Assembly (NCBI GenBank): GCA_045863235.1
Contig: BTUM01000004.1
Location: 146,982 to 210,981, forward strand
Direction of reading: 5' to 3'
Origin: Candidatus Xenobia bacterium
Lineage (GTDB): Bacteria; Vulcanimicrobiota; Xenobia; Xenobiales; QWHO01
DNA: 64,000 bases
Shown here: positions 63,583 through 64,000 of the stretch, in pieces
Numbering within the stretch: position 1 is the first letter of the stretch
How the letters are laid out: the number at the start of each line of letters is the position of its first letter
Made by a program: the position numbers and the translations under genes
Notes under the pieces: generated by a model
Databases searched by the model: none
What the model was told of the DNA's origin: nothing
What the model saw: only the letters and a program-made list of their open reading frames with translations

Positions 63583-64000
63583 ATGAAGAAGACCCTGACC
63601 GCAGTGACAGCCGCCCTGTTGCTGCTCGGAGCATCTCCGGCCAGCGCCCAGCTCAGCATTCCCATCCCGGGAACCGGCATCAACGTGCAGTTGGGCTACC
63701 CAGCCTGGAGCGGGACGGGTTACGGATATGGCTATCCGGCTAACGGTTACTCTCCCTACAATCCACAGGCGTGCGGACAGAACAACGGATACCACAACCA
63801 GGGCTATGCCAACCCCGTGAACAACGGATACTACTACCCCTCCAACAGCCAGGGCTACCCCAACCCCGTGAACAACGGATACTACCCCCCCAACAGTCAG
63901 GGCTACGCCAACCCCGTGAACAACGGATACTATCCGTACAACAGCCAGGGCTACGCCAACCCCGTGAACAACGGATACTACCCCCCCAACAGTCAGGGCT
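63583..64000 (+). CDS. Partial secreted protein with N/Q/G/Y/P-rich 16-aa tandem repeats; runs off the window
   Basis: GAGGAG RBS; MKKTLTAVTAALLLLGASPASA signal peptide; open to the window end; not in the ORF track. Confidence 0.8.
   Translation, partial: MKKTLTAVTAALLLLGASPASAQLSIPIPGTGINVQLGYPAWSGTGYGYGYPANGYSPYNPQACGQNNGYHNQGYANPVNNGYYYPSNSQGYPNPVNNGYYPPNSQGYANPVNNGYYPYNSQGYANPVNNGYYPPNSQG
63796..64000 (+). repeat. Coding tandem repeat, about 48-bp unit (NSQGYANPVNNGYYPP), at least 4 copies
   Basis: AACCCCGTGAACAACGGATACTA recurs at 63811, 63862, 63910 and 63958. Confidence 0.9.

Noticed and set aside
63796..64000. Possible CRISPR array (regular ~48-bp repeats)
   Set aside because: The 'spacers' are near-identical, unit lengths are multiples of 3, the array lies in an open frame after a signal peptide, and no cas genes are visible.

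Overview
Gene-dense, GC-rich bacterial chromosomal window with about 60 CDSs. I saw no rRNA, tRNA, CRISPR array, transposase or integrase. Core genes include ygfZ-like/thyA/folA, lepB-rplS-lepB-rbgA(ylqF)-rnhB, glgP with a GH13 amylase, a pglF/capD-like dehydratase, manC-manB, NrtR facing NAD kinase, cinA, an OmpR-family regulator with a PAS kinase, pgeF, a radical SAM enzyme and pduO. These are interleaved with many uncharacterised secreted or membrane proteins. The rplS-lepB-rbgA-rnhB order and protein style suggest a Terrabacteria-type lineage, possibly Eremiobacterota/Vulcanimicrobiota (inference only). Main observations: (1) a translationally coupled zinc-ribbon locus (45815-52521) built around a 1063-aa Ig-like + coiled-coil + hydrophobic-hairpin protein resembling a pore-former or translocator; (2) the kinase next to the WalR/PhoP-like regulator lacks its phospho-accepting His (T-R-Q-L-K-V-P instead of S-H-E-L-R-T-P), and the operon is preceded by a 148-bp element with four inverted motif copies and two NrdR-like boxes; (3) an 11-bp-period direct repeat recurs upstream of several secreted or cell-envelope genes; (4) several signal-peptide-less proteins have flagellar/T3SS-like N-termini; (5) unusual fusions: DnaJ-type Zn finger-rhomboid, Cu-monooxygenase-like-cyclophilin, and a degenerate P-loop membrane protein coupled to MscS. 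All family calls come from motif recognition by eye; no database searches were run.
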